Source: a bacterium (GTDB lineage Bacteria > Patescibacteriota > Patescibacteriia > SG8-24). Taken from it: a DNA stretch of 64,000 nucleotides. Positions 9,075 through 20,164 of this stretch are shown here, one piece after another. Where the stretch lies: the NCBI GenBank assembly GCA_023246195.1, contig JAHFIW010000001.1, forward strand, positions 974 through 64,973, given 5' to 3'. A model generated the notes under the pieces. That model saw only the letters and a program-made list of their open reading frames with translations. It did not search any database and was not told the origin of the DNA. Made by a program: the position numbers and the translations under genes. Within the stretch, counting starts at the first letter, position 1; every line of letters starts with the position of its first letter.

Positions 9075-9875
9075 GTGCAGGCCTCAAGGAAAAAAGCTAT
9101 ACTCACCACAGCTTTTCCAATTCTCCTAAGAATTCGCACTATGCTTCCCAGCGCAACAGCACCGCGCCAGCCGACGCCGTCCATGAGCTCCGCGTCAGCA
9201 AAGATGCCTTCACGCAAGCCGTCAGCGGGTCCGATCGTCGCCCTGCTTTTTGCAGGGGCCACCTTTATCGGCGGCTACGTCCTCGGAACGTCGATGGGCC
9301 AAAAAGCCGGCTACAACCAGGGAGCGACAGAAACGACGAGCGCGCTCAAGGCGAAGTTACAGACGTCGGGAATCATCCCGCCGCAAGTCGAGACGCATCA
9401 GCTTACGGGAAAAGTGACCGCCGTCCGCGCCGACGGTTTCGACATCGAAGTTTCGCCGATGGCCCAGAACCCCTTCGCCGCATCGGCACCGGCCAAACGC
9501 GCGATAACGGTCTCCGCCACCACGAAGTTTTCCGCCCTCGTGCAGCGAAGCCCCGCAGAGATGGATGCGGCGCAGAAGGATTTCTTCGCCGCCATGCAAA
9601 AAGTGACGGGCAAGGCCGGCGAAGTGCCGCCGGCGCCACCGACGCCGTTCACGACGAAAGAAGCCAAGCTGTCCGACCTGTCCGACGGAGTGACGGTCAC
9701 GGTGACCTCGGCTGCGGAAATTTCCAAGGCTGCCAGCTTCGCCGCAAGCGACGTCAGCATCCAGCCGACTCCCAGCGGCGCCGCGGTCCTTCCGACTCCC
9801 GGAACTCCTCCGTCCGGAACGCCTGCGCCGGCTCCCGTACCAGCGCCGGCTCCGACTCCCGCACCGACAAAGTAA
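9075..9875 (+). CDS. Hypothetical membrane-anchored protein with a Pro/Ala/Thr-rich C-terminal tail. The start is a GTG at 9075, with an alternative ATG at 9141.
   Basis: 266-aa ORF with TM helix PIVALLFAGATFIGGYVLG and C-terminus ...PAPAPVPAPAPTPAPTK. A terminator follows. Confidence 0.55.
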   Translation: MQASRKKAILTTAFPILLRIRTMLPSATAPRQPTPSMSSASAKMPSRKPSAGPIVALLFAGATFIGGYVLGTSMGQKAGYNQGATETTSALKAKLQTSGIIPPQVETHQLTGKVTAVRADGFDIEVSPMAQNPFAASAPAKRAITVSATTKFSALVQRSPAEMDAAQKDFFAAMQKVTGKAGEVPPAPPTPFTTKEAKLSDLSDGVTVTVTSAAEISKAASFAASDVSIQPTPSGAAVLPTPGTPPSGTPAPAPVPAPAPTPAPTK

Positions 9876-9883
9876 CCGAACAA

Positions 9884-9917
9884 AAAAAGCGCCCCGCACT
9901 TCGCGGGGCGCTTTTTC
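9884..9917. terminator. Bidirectional rho-independent terminator.
   Basis: aaaaagcgccccgc-acttc-gcggggcgcttttt sits between the convergent genes 9075-9875 (+) and 9921-10547 (-). Confidence 0.7.
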
Positions 9918-9920
9918 GTC

Positions 9921-10547
9921 TCAACGCTTTCTCATCTCGTCGCTTTTCACGAAGGCCAATGCCAGAATCGGCGCCACGATCCAGAAAAATCTTCCGTTGT
10001 CCGAGGCGAACGCCTGCCGAGTCATCGGCGCCAGATGCGAGATCGACTCTGCGGGAAGGAAAGACAAGATGATGCTCACCAGCAAGCCGACGTGGAAACT
10101 GGAGAACAGCAGCACCTGCCACCACTTGCCAGCGGCGATGCCGCCGAAAGTCTTCGAAAGGGCCGAGCGCGACAGCAGGAAGAACAGCAGCACGAACGTC
10201 GCTAAAAAAGTAAGCGCCTTGAACGCAAAGAAGTTTCCGGTGTTGGCGGTCTTGTCCAAGGTATTGATGTACGGCGCATTGGTGACCACGGCCAGCGCCA
10301 TATAAATGCCGACGAGGATGACGATGACGCGCTCGCGCCCCATCGAGACGCCGTACAGGAACACGGTCACCATGAAGAACAGCACGATGAACAAGTCCCA
10401 GCTGGGCGACGACCAATTGACGTGTGCCAAGTAGGAAGAAGCGTCCTGACCGAGCCGAACCGCGCCCGCCGCGAACGGAGCGTTCACGTTGGCGTTGCCG
10501 TTCATGCCGCCGTAGCTGGAGCTGATGACGGTTTCGAGAAGAAACAT
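9921..10547 (-). CDS. Hypothetical polytopic membrane protein.
   Basis: 208 aa with 5-6 hydrophobic helices. The overlapping 280-aa ORF 9754-10596 is Arg-rich junk. Confidence 0.55.
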   Translation of the reverse strand: MFLLETVISSSYGGMNGNANVNAPFAAGAVRLGQDASSYLAHVNWSSPSWDLFIVLFFMVTVFLYGVSMGRERVIVILVGIYMALAVVTNAPYINTLDKTANTGNFFAFKALTFLATFVLLFFLLSRSALSKTFGGIAAGKWWQVLLFSSFHVGLLVSIILSFLPAESISHLAPMTRQAFASDNGRFFWIVAPILALAFVKSDEMRKR

Positions 10548-10583
10548 AGGAATGCCGAAAGTATAGCAGCAGCTGCGCGGAAT

Positions 10584-11645
10584 TTAAATATTCCACGATT
10601 CCAGCGCCTTCCTCTGCTCCTTGGTGAGCTTCTTGGGAATCACCACGGTGATGTGCACCAAGTGATCGCCGCGTCCGCTGCGTTTCAGGTGCGGCACGCC
10701 GCGCGCCTTCAACCGAAACACCGCATCCGGCTGCGTGCCGGGCGGAATGGTCAGCTCCACCGGACCGTCGAGCGTCTCGACCGTCTCCGTGCCGCCCAGC
10801 GCCGCGCGGGCGATGCCGATTTCCAACTCGCTGTTCACGTCGAAGCCTTCGCGCACGAAGCGAGGGTCGCGCTTGATGCGCATGGCCAGGTACAGGTCGC
10901 CGGAGCGTCCGCCGTGCGGAGCCGCCTCGCCTTCGCCGCCCACGCGCAGCACTTCGCCCTCGTTGATGCCCGCGGGGATCTTCACGCTGAAGCTGCGCTC
11001 ACCCTTGGTGACGCCTTCGCCGTGGCACTTTTTGCAGGGCTTCTCGGGAACCGTGCCCGCGCCCTCACAACGAGGACAGACCGCCGCCGTGGCAAAGCTG
11101 CCCAAGATGGTCTGCTGAATCCTGCGAACCTGTCCCGTCCCCGAGCACTGCATGCAATCGATGCGCTTTGAGCCCTTCTCCGCGCCGTTGCCGCCGCAGT
11201 CGTCGCAGGTGATGTGCCGGTGCACGCGCACGTCCTTGTCCGCGCCGAAGGCCGCCTCGGAAAAACCGAGATGCATGTCCATCTGGATGTTGCTCCCCGA
11301 CTCCGGCCCGCGTCGGCCGCGTCCCCCGCCGCCCCCGAACATCTCGCCGAAGATGTCGCCAAAATCCATGTTGACGCCGCCCTGTCCGAATCCGCCAAAG
11401 CCTTGGCCGCCGCCGAACCCGCCTTGGTTCATCTGCTCGAACTGCGGCCCGTACTGGTCGTACTTGCCGCGCTTGTCGGCGTCACCGAGCACCTGATAGG
11501 CGTTGTTGATCTCCTTGAACTTCTCCGCGTCGCCCGTCGGCTTGTCCGGATGATACTGGTGAGCGAGTTTGCGAAAAGCCTTCTTGATGTCGTCATCAGA
11601 AGCGCCCTTTTGCACGCCGAGGATTTCGTAGTAGTCGCGGGCCAT
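10584..11645 (-). CDS. dnaJ: Chaperone DnaJ
   Basis: J-domain with HPD (AHQYHPDKP), a G/F-rich linker, four CxxCxGxG zinc-finger repeats ([32 protein letters not shown]) and a C-terminal domain. 353 aa. Confidence 0.95.
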   Translation of the reverse strand: MARDYYEILGVQKGASDDDIKKAFRKLAHQYHPDKPTGDAEKFKEINNAYQVLGDADKRGKYDQYGPQFEQMNQGGFGGGQGFGGFGQGGVNMDFGDIFGEMFGGGGGRGRRGPESGSNIQMDMHLGFSEAAFGADKDVRVHRHITCDDCGGNGAEKGSKRIDCMQCSGTGQVRRIQQTILGSFATAAVCPRCEGAGTVPEKPCKKCHGEGVTKGERSFSVKIPAGINEGEVLRVGGEGEAAPHGGRSGDLYLAMRIKRDPRFVREGFDVNSELEIGIARAALGGTETVETLDGPVELTIPPGTQPDAVFRLKARGVPHLKRSGRGDHLVHITVVIPKKLTKEQRKALESWNI

Positions 11646-11772
11646 TGGGAAGTCAGTGAGTTTCGTAATGCGGGGCGGCGAGCGGCAGTCATCGCCTAAA
11701 AATCCTCGCCTCGTACCTTAACGTCTGCGGTTTTTAGTCGACGCCTGCCGCTCGCCCGTCGGCATTGCGGCC

Positions 11773-12069
11773 TTACTTCGTGGGAAATCCGATTTCGTTC
11801 GGCGCCGAAGACGCCTCGACCGGTCCGTACTGTGCCTCGTAATTCTTCACGACGCCGTCGAGCACCGCCGCGAGCCGCTTGGCGTGCCCCGGAGAAAGAA
11901 TGACGCGAGCATTGAGCGTGGCCATCGGCGGAAACTGGTTCATGAAGTCGATGACGAACTCCTCCTTTTGGAACTGGACTTGCGCGGCGTTAGAGTAGAC
12001 GCCTTGGAGGGTTTTGTCGTCGTATTTTACTTGGAGCTGCTGCTGATTCTGCGATTGGTTTGGCTGCAT
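11773..12069 (-). CDS. Small conserved hypothetical protein (resembles the DUF3467 family) between dnaJ and dnaK.
   Basis: 98 aa with a Q/N-rich N-terminus and the segment EEFVIDFMNQFPP. The family assignment is from memory, not from a search. Confidence 0.5.
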   Translation of the reverse strand: MQPNQSQNQQQLQVKYDDKTLQGVYSNAAQVQFQKEEFVIDFMNQFPPMATLNARVILSPGHAKRLAAVLDGVVKNYEAQYGPVEASSAPNEIGFPTK

Positions 12070-12102
12070 ACGAGTTTGCTAAACGATAGTAGAATTTTTG
12101 CA

Positions 12103-12393
12103 CTATTTTTGTAGCCAGTTTCTGATGTCAGCCGCTGACAGCTTAACCGTAGATGTGCTCTTCCATTCACTTTCAGGCTTCGATGACGCGTAATCAATAG
12201 CGCAATTCAACGCCAAATCTTTATTACTGCTCAAAGAATCTTCAAAAGCTTCGAAAGTAATTTCTACTCCAATATATTTATTACCTGGTTTTTCCAGCAA
12301 CCAATATAAACCGTTTCGTTCCGTCTTTTCCGGTCCATTCGCCACACTAATGTCATTCAATGCATTTTTCATAGCAAGAAATGGTTCCCCCAT
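12103..12393 (-). CDS. Orphan small protein encoded on an AT-rich insertion inside the dnaK operon.
   Basis: 97-aa ORF (MGEPFLAMKNALNDISVANG...). The surrounding roughly 0.7 kb (about 11.9-12.5 kb) is visibly AT-rich (about 40% GC) against about 60% flanks. No TM helix and no recognisable domain. Confidence 0.45.
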   Translation of the reverse strand: MGEPFLAMKNALNDISVANGPEKTERNGLYWLLEKPGNKYIGVEITFEAFEDSLSSNKDLALNCAIDYASSKPESEWKSTSTVKLSAADIRNWLQK

Positions 12394-12502
12394 CACTCCT
12401 GAAGACTAATTTTTTAAACCACTTTCATTCATACATCCATGATAAAGAACGAGGCAGGAACAAAAAGATGAACCTGAGGGCGAGTTACAAAATTCGGCCC
12501 AT

Positions 12503-14440
<1,938 letters not shown>

Positions 14441-14463
14441 GTAGGAAAATGCAGTAAGGATTT

Positions 14464-15027
14464 TTATTCAGCGACGACGACCTTCGCGGGTCGAATGACT
14501 TTTTCGTAAAGCGCGTATCCGGGTTCCAGGACGGAAATGACGGTCCCGGCAGCGACGCCTTCGGGTGCAGGCTTCATCATCATGGCCTCGTGCATGCTCG
14601 GGTCAAAGTGCACGCCGTCCTTGTCGATGGGGGTGACGCCGGCGTTGGCGAGAACTCCGTCGAGCTGGCTGCGGATCAGCGTCACGCCGTCCGCCCACTG
14701 CTTGATGCGCGTTTCGTCGAGCGGCTCCCCTTCCTTTAAGGGACGTTGTTCGACGGCCTTGCGGAAGCTGTCGACGACGGGCAGGAGCTTGCTCAGGAAA
14801 CCTCCTATGGCGTACTTGGACAGTTCGGAAGTGGTGCGTTCCATTTCCCTCTTCAGATTCGCGTAGTCTGCGGTGGCTCGCATCCAGCCAGCCATGTTTT
14901 CGTCGGCCTTGGCTTTGGCGGCAGCGAGCTCATCGATCTGCACCGGTTCCGCCGGCGCGGCCTGGTCGATATCTTCCGCTTCGTCATTCAGCGGCGTGTT
15001 GTTGGTGTGCAAGTCGTCCATAATCAT
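14464..15027 (-). CDS. grpE: Nucleotide exchange factor GrpE
   Basis: 187 aa. GrpE-like coiled coil and C-terminal beta domain, positioned between hrcA and dnaK. Confidence 0.85.
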   Translation of the reverse strand: MIMDDLHTNNTPLNDEAEDIDQAAPAEPVQIDELAAAKAKADENMAGWMRATADYANLKREMERTTSELSKYAIGGFLSKLLPVVDSFRKAVEQRPLKEGEPLDETRIKQWADGVTLIRSQLDGVLANAGVTPIDKDGVHFDPSMHEAMMMKPAPEGVAAGTVISVLEPGYALYEKVIRPAKVVVAE

Positions 15028-15038
15028 TCAAGAAAAAA

Positions 15039-15761
15039 TTACGTCCCTCCGAGTTTGCGGAACCGTTCGCGAACGTAGCGCATCAGCGCGACGTTGGCAT
15101 CGTAGTCCATGCGCGTCGGGCCCAGGATGCCGAAGACGCCTTCGCCCAGGTTCGGCACTTTGATGGCGGTGAGGACGGTGGAAAGGTCTTGGCCGAAGGG
15201 ATTGTCTTGGCCGATGAAGATCTCGATTTCGCCGGTCGGCTTCTTTTCGACTTCGCCGATGATCAGTTCAAGGTCGTCGACCACGCGCGATGCCGCGGCC
15301 ATCATCGATGAGCCGGTGAACTCCGGCTTGCTGACCAAATTGGTCATGCCGGTGAGGAAACTTTCGTCGCCGAAGTGCACGAACACCGTTTCTCCGGAAA
15401 GCTGCGCCACCGATTTGGCGAAACTGCGGAGCGAGTGCGCTGCCTCGTGACGCATCACCACCATGGTCTGCTCGTCGAGCTGCACCCGCGAATTGGCCGC
15501 GAGCTCCGGCGTGCCGACGAACTCATCGACGTAGTAACGATAGCCCTGTTCCGTGGGAACGCGTCCGGCCGAAGTGTGCGGCTGCTCGATGTATCCCTTG
15601 GACTCCAGCTCGGCCATGTCGTTGCGAATGGTCGCTGACGACACGCCCAAGTCATGCCGAGCCACGATGGCCGCCGACCCGATGGGTTCCGCAGAACGCA
15701 AATATTCCCGCACAATAATGCGAAATATGCTCTTTTGCCGTTCCTCGGGCGTGTTCATCAT
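15039..15761 (-). CDS. hrcA: Heat-inducible transcription repressor HrcA
   Basis: 240 aa. N-terminal winged-helix MMNTPEERQKSIFRIIVREYLRSAEPIGS. Located first in the hrcA-grpE-dnaK order, with a CIRCE element directly upstream. Confidence 0.9.
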   Translation of the reverse strand: MMNTPEERQKSIFRIIVREYLRSAEPIGSAAIVARHDLGVSSATIRNDMAELESKGYIEQPHTSAGRVPTEQGYRYYVDEFVGTPELAANSRVQLDEQTMVVMRHEAAHSLRSFAKSVAQLSGETVFVHFGDESFLTGMTNLVSKPEFTGSSMMAAASRVVDDLELIIGEVEKKPTGEIEIFIGQDNPFGQDLSTVLTAIKVPNLGEGVFGILGPTRMDYDANVALMRYVRERFRKLGGT

Positions 15762-15777
15762 AGGCGTAAAGCCAATG

Positions 15778-15804
15778 TTAGCACTCTCTGTATCCGAGTG
15801 CTAG
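15778..15804 (-). promoter_or_regulatory. CIRCE operator (HrcA binding site) upstream of hrcA.
   Basis: TTAGCACTC-tctgtatcc-GAGTGCTAg matches the TTAGCACTC-N9-GAGTGCTAA consensus with one mismatch. It lies 17 nt upstream of the hrcA start codon. A TATACT -10-like element sits just upstream at about 15805-15810. Confidence 0.85.
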
Positions 15805-15899
15805 TATAGAACTCCGGCGAAGGGTGTCAAGGGATTTTTGATGGTGCCTGGCACCTCGGCCAACCGACAAAAAAACCGACCGGGATGGTCGGTTGAACG

Positions 15900-16364
15900 T
15901 TAGGCGGTCCAGTCGTAGAAACTGGCCCACCGCTTGATGGTGACGGCGTCCGGGTACAGGATGCCGTGGCAGACTTTTCCCAGGATCGGCAGCTGCGGCT
16001 CCTCGTTGACGCAGGTGATGACGAAGCGGACGATCGGCGCCGACATGGTCATGTACTCGGCGATGCCCCGGATGACGTTGTCACCGGGAATGACCAGCCT
16101 CCGCGGCGTGAAGGTTTTCGAACGGATCATCGCGGACGCCAGGCAGTCGCTGTATCCGATGACCGCCTTATGGGCCGCCAGTAGCAGGTTGGACTGCTTC
16201 AGGGCCGCCGCGGCCAGCGGATCGACCTCGGGAGAATACGGAATCCCGATGCAGCCCTCGCAACTGACGAAGAACGGAATCAGCTTGTCGCGTCCGATAG
16301 CCTCGGCAATCTTGCCCTGTTCGGCGCGAACAGGCGCAAACCAATCGTGTTGAGCGTCCATCAC
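15900..16364 (-). CDS. Hypothetical conserved-looking protein with several Cys (possibly a DUF523-like small Cys protein; weak call).
   Basis: 154-aa ORF. Its start overlaps the maf stop by 4 nt. Confidence 0.45.
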   Translation of the reverse strand: MMDAQHDWFAPVRAEQGKIAEAIGRDKLIPFFVSCEGCIGIPYSPEVDPLAAAALKQSNLLLAAHKAVIGYSDCLASAMIRSKTFTPRRLVIPGDNVIRGIAEYMTMSAPIVRFVITCVNEEPQLPILGKVCHGILYPDAVTIKRWASFYDWTA

Positions 16365-17035
16365 GACACCTTTTCTCCTTTCCAGCCCAAGTGGCCGAGA
16401 AGCGTCTTGGTGAGGTTGAGCGGCAAACCGCTGACACTGCTCATGACGTCCTTGCGGTCGCGCCGACGATGACCGGTGATGACCGACTCGCCGTTGGCGC
16501 CGTTCAGGTTCTGCCGGTAGCAGACGACGTAGGGCGCGATCAGCGGATCCTCGTGGACGACGGCGCCGCAGGACTTGAGGACGTCACCGGCGGCAATCAG
16601 CGCCTCGATGACCGTCTCGGGATATTCGCGGAACTCGACGGTAACGGTGTCGTGCCCGTGAACGTGGATGCGGTCGGCGGCGTCGGCGACCACCACGGCG
16701 GTGACCACGTGAACGCAGTCGTCGCGATACTGCCGCAGCCACTCGCGGGCCTGACCGCGACCGGACGGCTTTTCGCGGATGTCTCCGTGATAGACGGTGA
16801 CCTGATCGGCGGCGATGACCAGCGCCTCGCCCTTGACCATGGCCGAGACCGCCTTGGCCTTGGCCTGGGCGATGGCGTAGGTGAGCATGTAGGGGTTGTC
16901 GTGGCGGATGCTCTTCTCGTCGACTTCCGGCGAGAGCACCTTGAAGGGAATGCCGGCGTCGCGCAGGATTTCCGCGCGCCACTTCGACGAACTGCCGAGG
17001 ATGATCGGTTTATGCGATGTCTTCAAAGGACTCAT
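16361..17035 (-). CDS. maf: Maf-like nucleoside triphosphate pyrophosphatase (septum formation protein Maf) with a roughly 40-aa C-terminal extension.
   Basis: N-terminus MSPLKTSHKPIILGSSSKWRAEILRDAGIPFKVLSPEVDEK is typical of Maf. The longer ORF start at 17080 is probably not used. Confidence 0.75.
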   Translation of the reverse strand: MSPLKTSHKPIILGSSSKWRAEILRDAGIPFKVLSPEVDEKSIRHDNPYMLTYAIAQAKAKAVSAMVKGEALVIAADQVTVYHGDIREKPSGRGQAREWLRQYRDDCVHVVTAVVVADAADRIHVHGHDTVTVEFREYPETVIEALIAAGDVLKSCGAVVHEDPLIAPYVVCYRQNLNGANGESVITGHRRRDRKDVMSSVSGLPLNLTKTLLGHLGWKGEKVS

Positions 17036-17107
17036 GTTGCACCTCGTCGGCCCTGATGCCGACGCAAAACCGTACGGCATGCATGCGCGTTTGTCAATCC
17101 AAACAAA

Positions 17108-17130
17108 AAAGGGTCCGATCGGACCCTGAA
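17108..17130 (-). terminator. Rho-independent terminator after gene 17134-17493.
   Basis: Hairpin gggtccgatcggaccc, followed on the minus strand by TTTTTTG. Confidence 0.65.
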
Positions 17131-17133
17131 GCC

Positions 17134-17493
17134 TCAGATTTCCTCGACTCGATATTCGCCGAGTCCGTTCTTGAGGACGCGGATGCGCCGGCCCTGCGGG
17201 AAGGGCATGTCGAGCCTTCCGTCCACGACGCAGGCGCGGCCGTCGGCGAAGTGCACGGCCGTCGTCTTCATTTCGCGGGTCACGAGGCGCCGAGCCATCC
17301 CCGAACCCGTCCTGACCGTATAGTCGTAGCAGCCGTAGATGACGTAGTCGAACGTGCCCGCCATCACCGACTTCCAGGCGGCGCGGAGACGGCCATGTTC
17401 CTTTTCGTTAAGATAGACCAAGAGCAGCCCTGCTCCCGCGATTAAGAAGAGGACGATGCCCACCTCGAGCGTTTCAACGGTCTGATCCGACAT
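17134..17493 (-). CDS. Small membrane-anchored protein (resembles the DUF3592 family).
   Basis: 119 aa with the N-terminal TM helix VGIVLFLIAGAGLLLVYL. Confidence 0.45.
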   Translation of the reverse strand: MSDQTVETLEVGIVLFLIAGAGLLLVYLNEKEHGRLRAAWKSVMAGTFDYVIYGCYDYTVRTGSGMARRLVTREMKTTAVHFADGRACVVDGRLDMPFPQGRRIRVLKNGLGEYRVEEI

Positions 17494-17569
17494 CGCATGC
17501 CTTCCTTTCCTGCACGACTGCGTCGAGAATACGCCGGCCGTAACCCCACGTCAATCCTTTCCCCAATCA

Positions 17570-17596
17570 AAAACGCCCCGGCGAACCGGGGCGTTT
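17570..17596. terminator. Rho-independent terminator after the SPFH gene.
   Basis: Hairpin cgccccgg-cgaa-ccggggcg flanked by an A-run and a T-run. Confidence 0.65.
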
Positions 17597-17607
17597 TCTC
17601 CTTGCGA

Positions 17608-18252
17608 TTATTCCTTTGTGCCGTTGTCCTCATCGTCGCCGTTGCTGACATGCTTGATGTCGGAGAGAAGGACGTTCTCCACGAAGATGCCGCGCGGGTA
17701 GAAGATGCGTTCAAGCTCGTTCTTGGTCTCGACCTCGACCTTGTCGCGGTGAGTGGAGCTGATGTCCTGATTGTTGTAGCGCGAGGCGATCATGCGCATG
17801 CGGCTGCGGATGGTGGGACGCACGATCTTGGAGACGAAGTCCTCGCCGACGTTCTGCCAGATGGTCGGCACCTGGTTGATATCGAGACGGAGCAGCACCG
17901 TGCCCTCGATGGAAATGCGCTTGCCGTCCACCGTCTGCGCGGTGATGGGCGTGTCGCCCAACGCCTGGGCGTGTTCGGGATTGAAGCGCTTGCTGATGGA
18001 GTATTCGAGCGTCTGGGTATTGAACAGCTTTGCCTTCTGCCAGAACGGAATCTTGAGATGCAGACCGGGCGTAAGCACCTTTTTGAGCACTCCGCGGCCC
18101 AAATCGTAGACGCAGGCCACATAGCCCGGCGGAACGTAAATGAAGAGTCCTTTTAGGACGTCTTCGACCACGAACGAATACATCATTTTATCGAGGCTGT
18201 CGCTCATAGCTAAAAAGGGAAAAACGCGTGAGGTGGCTAAGGTTAGCCACAT
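17608..18252 (-). CDS. SPFH/band-7 (prohibitin/HflC-like) domain protein.
   Basis: About 215 aa. The core ...LKKVLTPGLHLKIPFWQKAKLFNTQTLEYS...QTVDGKRISIEGTVLLRLD... is typical of the SPFH domain. The start is ambiguous (GTG at 18267 or ATG at 18252). Confidence 0.7.
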   Translation of the reverse strand: MWLTLATSRVFPFLAMSDSLDKMMYSFVVEDVLKGLFIYVPPGYVACVYDLGRGVLKKVLTPGLHLKIPFWQKAKLFNTQTLEYSISKRFNPEHAQALGDTPITAQTVDGKRISIEGTVLLRLDINQVPTIWQNVGEDFVSKIVRPTIRSRMRMIASRYNNQDISSTHRDKVEVETKNELERIFYPRGIFVENVLLSDIKHVSNGDDEDNGTKE

Positions 18253-18323
18253 TTTGTCTCCACGCACTCACTCCACTATAGCACAAATAGCCTTAAAAGG
18301 CAACGCCCGCACCTTCGAATCCC

Positions 18324-19025
18324 CTACTTCGTATCGACTACTGCCGGCACGCGGAAAAAGATGCGGCGCACCCCGGCCACGAAGATGGTGAAGAACATCG
18401 AAGTCAAGATGAACAGCGATTTGACCATCGGCAGGAGCAGCAGGATCACGATGGAGAAAATCGGGAAGAGGAACAGGTACATCACGTCGGGACGGGTGAT
18501 GAGGTGCTCGCGACGCTTCTGTTCGGTATAGATTTCGAGAAAAAGGACGATGCCGACGGCAGCAGCCCAACCGAGACTCTTCTGCGCCACGTCATAACCG
18601 AAAAAAATCGTATTGACTCTGGAGGGAGCCTGTACCCACGAATAGAGCAGCTCTTGCGGAGTGAACCTGATGCCGCCGATAAACACCTGATACAGCAGGA
18701 TGAGCACCAACAGCTGGACGCCCATCACGAAGACCTTGGACCAGTAGCTGACCTTATGCTGCTTGAGCAAGTCGCGAATCTTCTCTGAACGCTTGACGTG
18801 GTCGGCCTTGAAGTCGCGCTCGATCGCCTCGAATTTCTTGTTGAGCTTTTCGTAGCGAAAGCGGTTGCGTTCGTCGAGGATGGTGAACGGCAACAACACC
18901 ACGCGCAGCAAGATGGTCAGCATGATCACGGCCACGCCGAGGTTTTCGGCGGCGGGACCGGAATACAGAAAAATCAGGACGTTGAGCAGCGGCGTGTACA
19001 GGAAATCATGCCAAAAGGAATGCAT
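18324..19025 (-). CDS. yidC: Membrane protein insertase YidC/Oxa1 family (small form).
   Basis: 233 aa. Contains IMLTILLRVVLLPFTI, 5 TM helices, and a charged loop after TM1. Confidence 0.7.
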   Translation of the reverse strand: MHSFWHDFLYTPLLNVLIFLYSGPAAENLGVAVIMLTILLRVVLLPFTILDERNRFRYEKLNKKFEAIERDFKADHVKRSEKIRDLLKQHKVSYWSKVFVMGVQLLVLILLYQVFIGGIRFTPQELLYSWVQAPSRVNTIFFGYDVAQKSLGWAAAVGIVLFLEIYTEQKRREHLITRPDVMYLFLFPIFSIVILLLLPMVKSLFILTSMFFTIFVAGVRRIFFRVPAVVDTK

Positions 19026-19034
19026 ACGAGGAGA

Positions 19035-19700
19035 TTACGGCAATTTTTCTTTTTCGGCGGCAATGACGAAGCCGTCGGAGAAGCCGTCACGATGGTCGGC
19101 GCCATGCATGTCATGCTTGATAAGCAGCAACATGCCCGCGCCCACGAACGAAAAGGCCGAAGTTAAAAGGAAGATGACGCCAAAACCGAAACGTTCGGCC
19201 AGCACGCCGCCTACCGTTGCGGTGACCGCGAACCCCAACCCGACGGCATTGGAATGCAGCATCCATTCCCAGCTCTCGCGGTGCCGATCGATGTGCCTGG
19301 TATAGATGGCCAGCCAGGTGGGAATAATCATGGCGTAGCCGATGCCGTTAAGCGTCTCGGCGGCGAACATCTCCCAGACCTCGTGGACAAAGAAATAATA
19401 GATCAGCGGCACCACGCTGACGATGAACGTGCCGATCACCATCAGCTTAAAGTCATCGTTTTCGCCCTTGACCGAGTCCGCGTATGACGAGATGGGAAAC
19501 TGCAATGCCGATTTGACCACGTAAAACATCGTGGTGACGAAACCGACGGTAGCCAGCGTCGCACCGACGACTTGCCTTGTGACAAAGACCGCGTAAATCG
19601 GGCTGAGGAAGCCCGAAGCGGAAATCACCAGAAAATCCGAATAGATCATGATCATGATCACCCTGTTGACCTTTGGTTGATGCCACCAGGACATAAGCAC
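19035..19700 (-). CDS. Six-TM membrane protein resembling half of an MFS transporter.
   Basis: 221 aa with 6 hydrophobic helices and a LAERFG motif. Confidence 0.4.
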   Translation of the reverse strand: MLMSWWHQPKVNRVIMIMIYSDFLVISASGFLSPIYAVFVTRQVVGATLATVGFVTTMFYVVKSALQFPISSYADSVKGENDDFKLMVIGTFIVSVVPLIYYFFVHEVWEMFAAETLNGIGYAMIIPTWLAIYTRHIDRHRESWEWMLHSNAVGLGFAVTATVGGVLAERFGFGVIFLLTSAFSFVGAGMLLLIKHDMHGADHRDGFSDGFVIAAEKEKLP

Positions 19701-19760
19701 GACGCCTTTACGTCATTGCCACACTATAGCGCGGATGCCGTCATTATGGAAGAAGATTCG

Positions 19761-20099
19761 CTAAGTTCCGGCGACCATTCCCCACTCCCGCATGGAATCC
19801 GCGTCAGGCACCACCAGCAGCCGCTCTTTGGACTCGCGCTTCATTCGGCGAATGGATGCGGCCCGCTTTTCGGCGTCGATCTCGTTCATGTATTCCTCGG
19901 TATACGCCAAAAACACCGGCGTGCGAGCGCGCACCCAGGAGCTGCCTCTCCCCTCATTGATGCCGCGAAGATCACCCTCGACATCAAGAGTGACTCCGGC
20001 ATAGAGCGAACCGTCGCTGCAGCGCATCACGTAGACGAACCAATGCTGGCACATAAGCTTAATGCGGGCTGTGGAAAAGTCCCGCAGAACGAGTGGCAT
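19761..20099 (-). CDS. GIY-YIG nuclease-domain protein (UPF0213/YhbQ-like).
   Basis: Contains WFVYVMRCSDGSLYAGVTLDVEGDLRGINEGRGSSWVRARTP and ...EKRAASIRRMKR. Confidence 0.7.
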   Translation of the reverse strand: MPLVLRDFSTARIKLMCQHWFVYVMRCSDGSLYAGVTLDVEGDLRGINEGRGSSWVRARTPVFLAYTEEYMNEIDAEKRAASIRRMKRESKERLLVVPDADSMREWGMVAGT

Positions 20100-20164
20100 G
20101 ATAGCACGGTTACGCGCCAACCAAAAAGCCCCCGGCTTCCCGAAGGCTTTTTCCTTGTCGAAGG

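Noticed and set aside
9754-10596. 280-aa Arg-rich minus-strand ORF overlapping the 9921-10547 membrane-protein ORF.
   Set aside because: Extremely Arg-rich, low-complexity translation. The alternative frame gives a plausible polytopic membrane protein.
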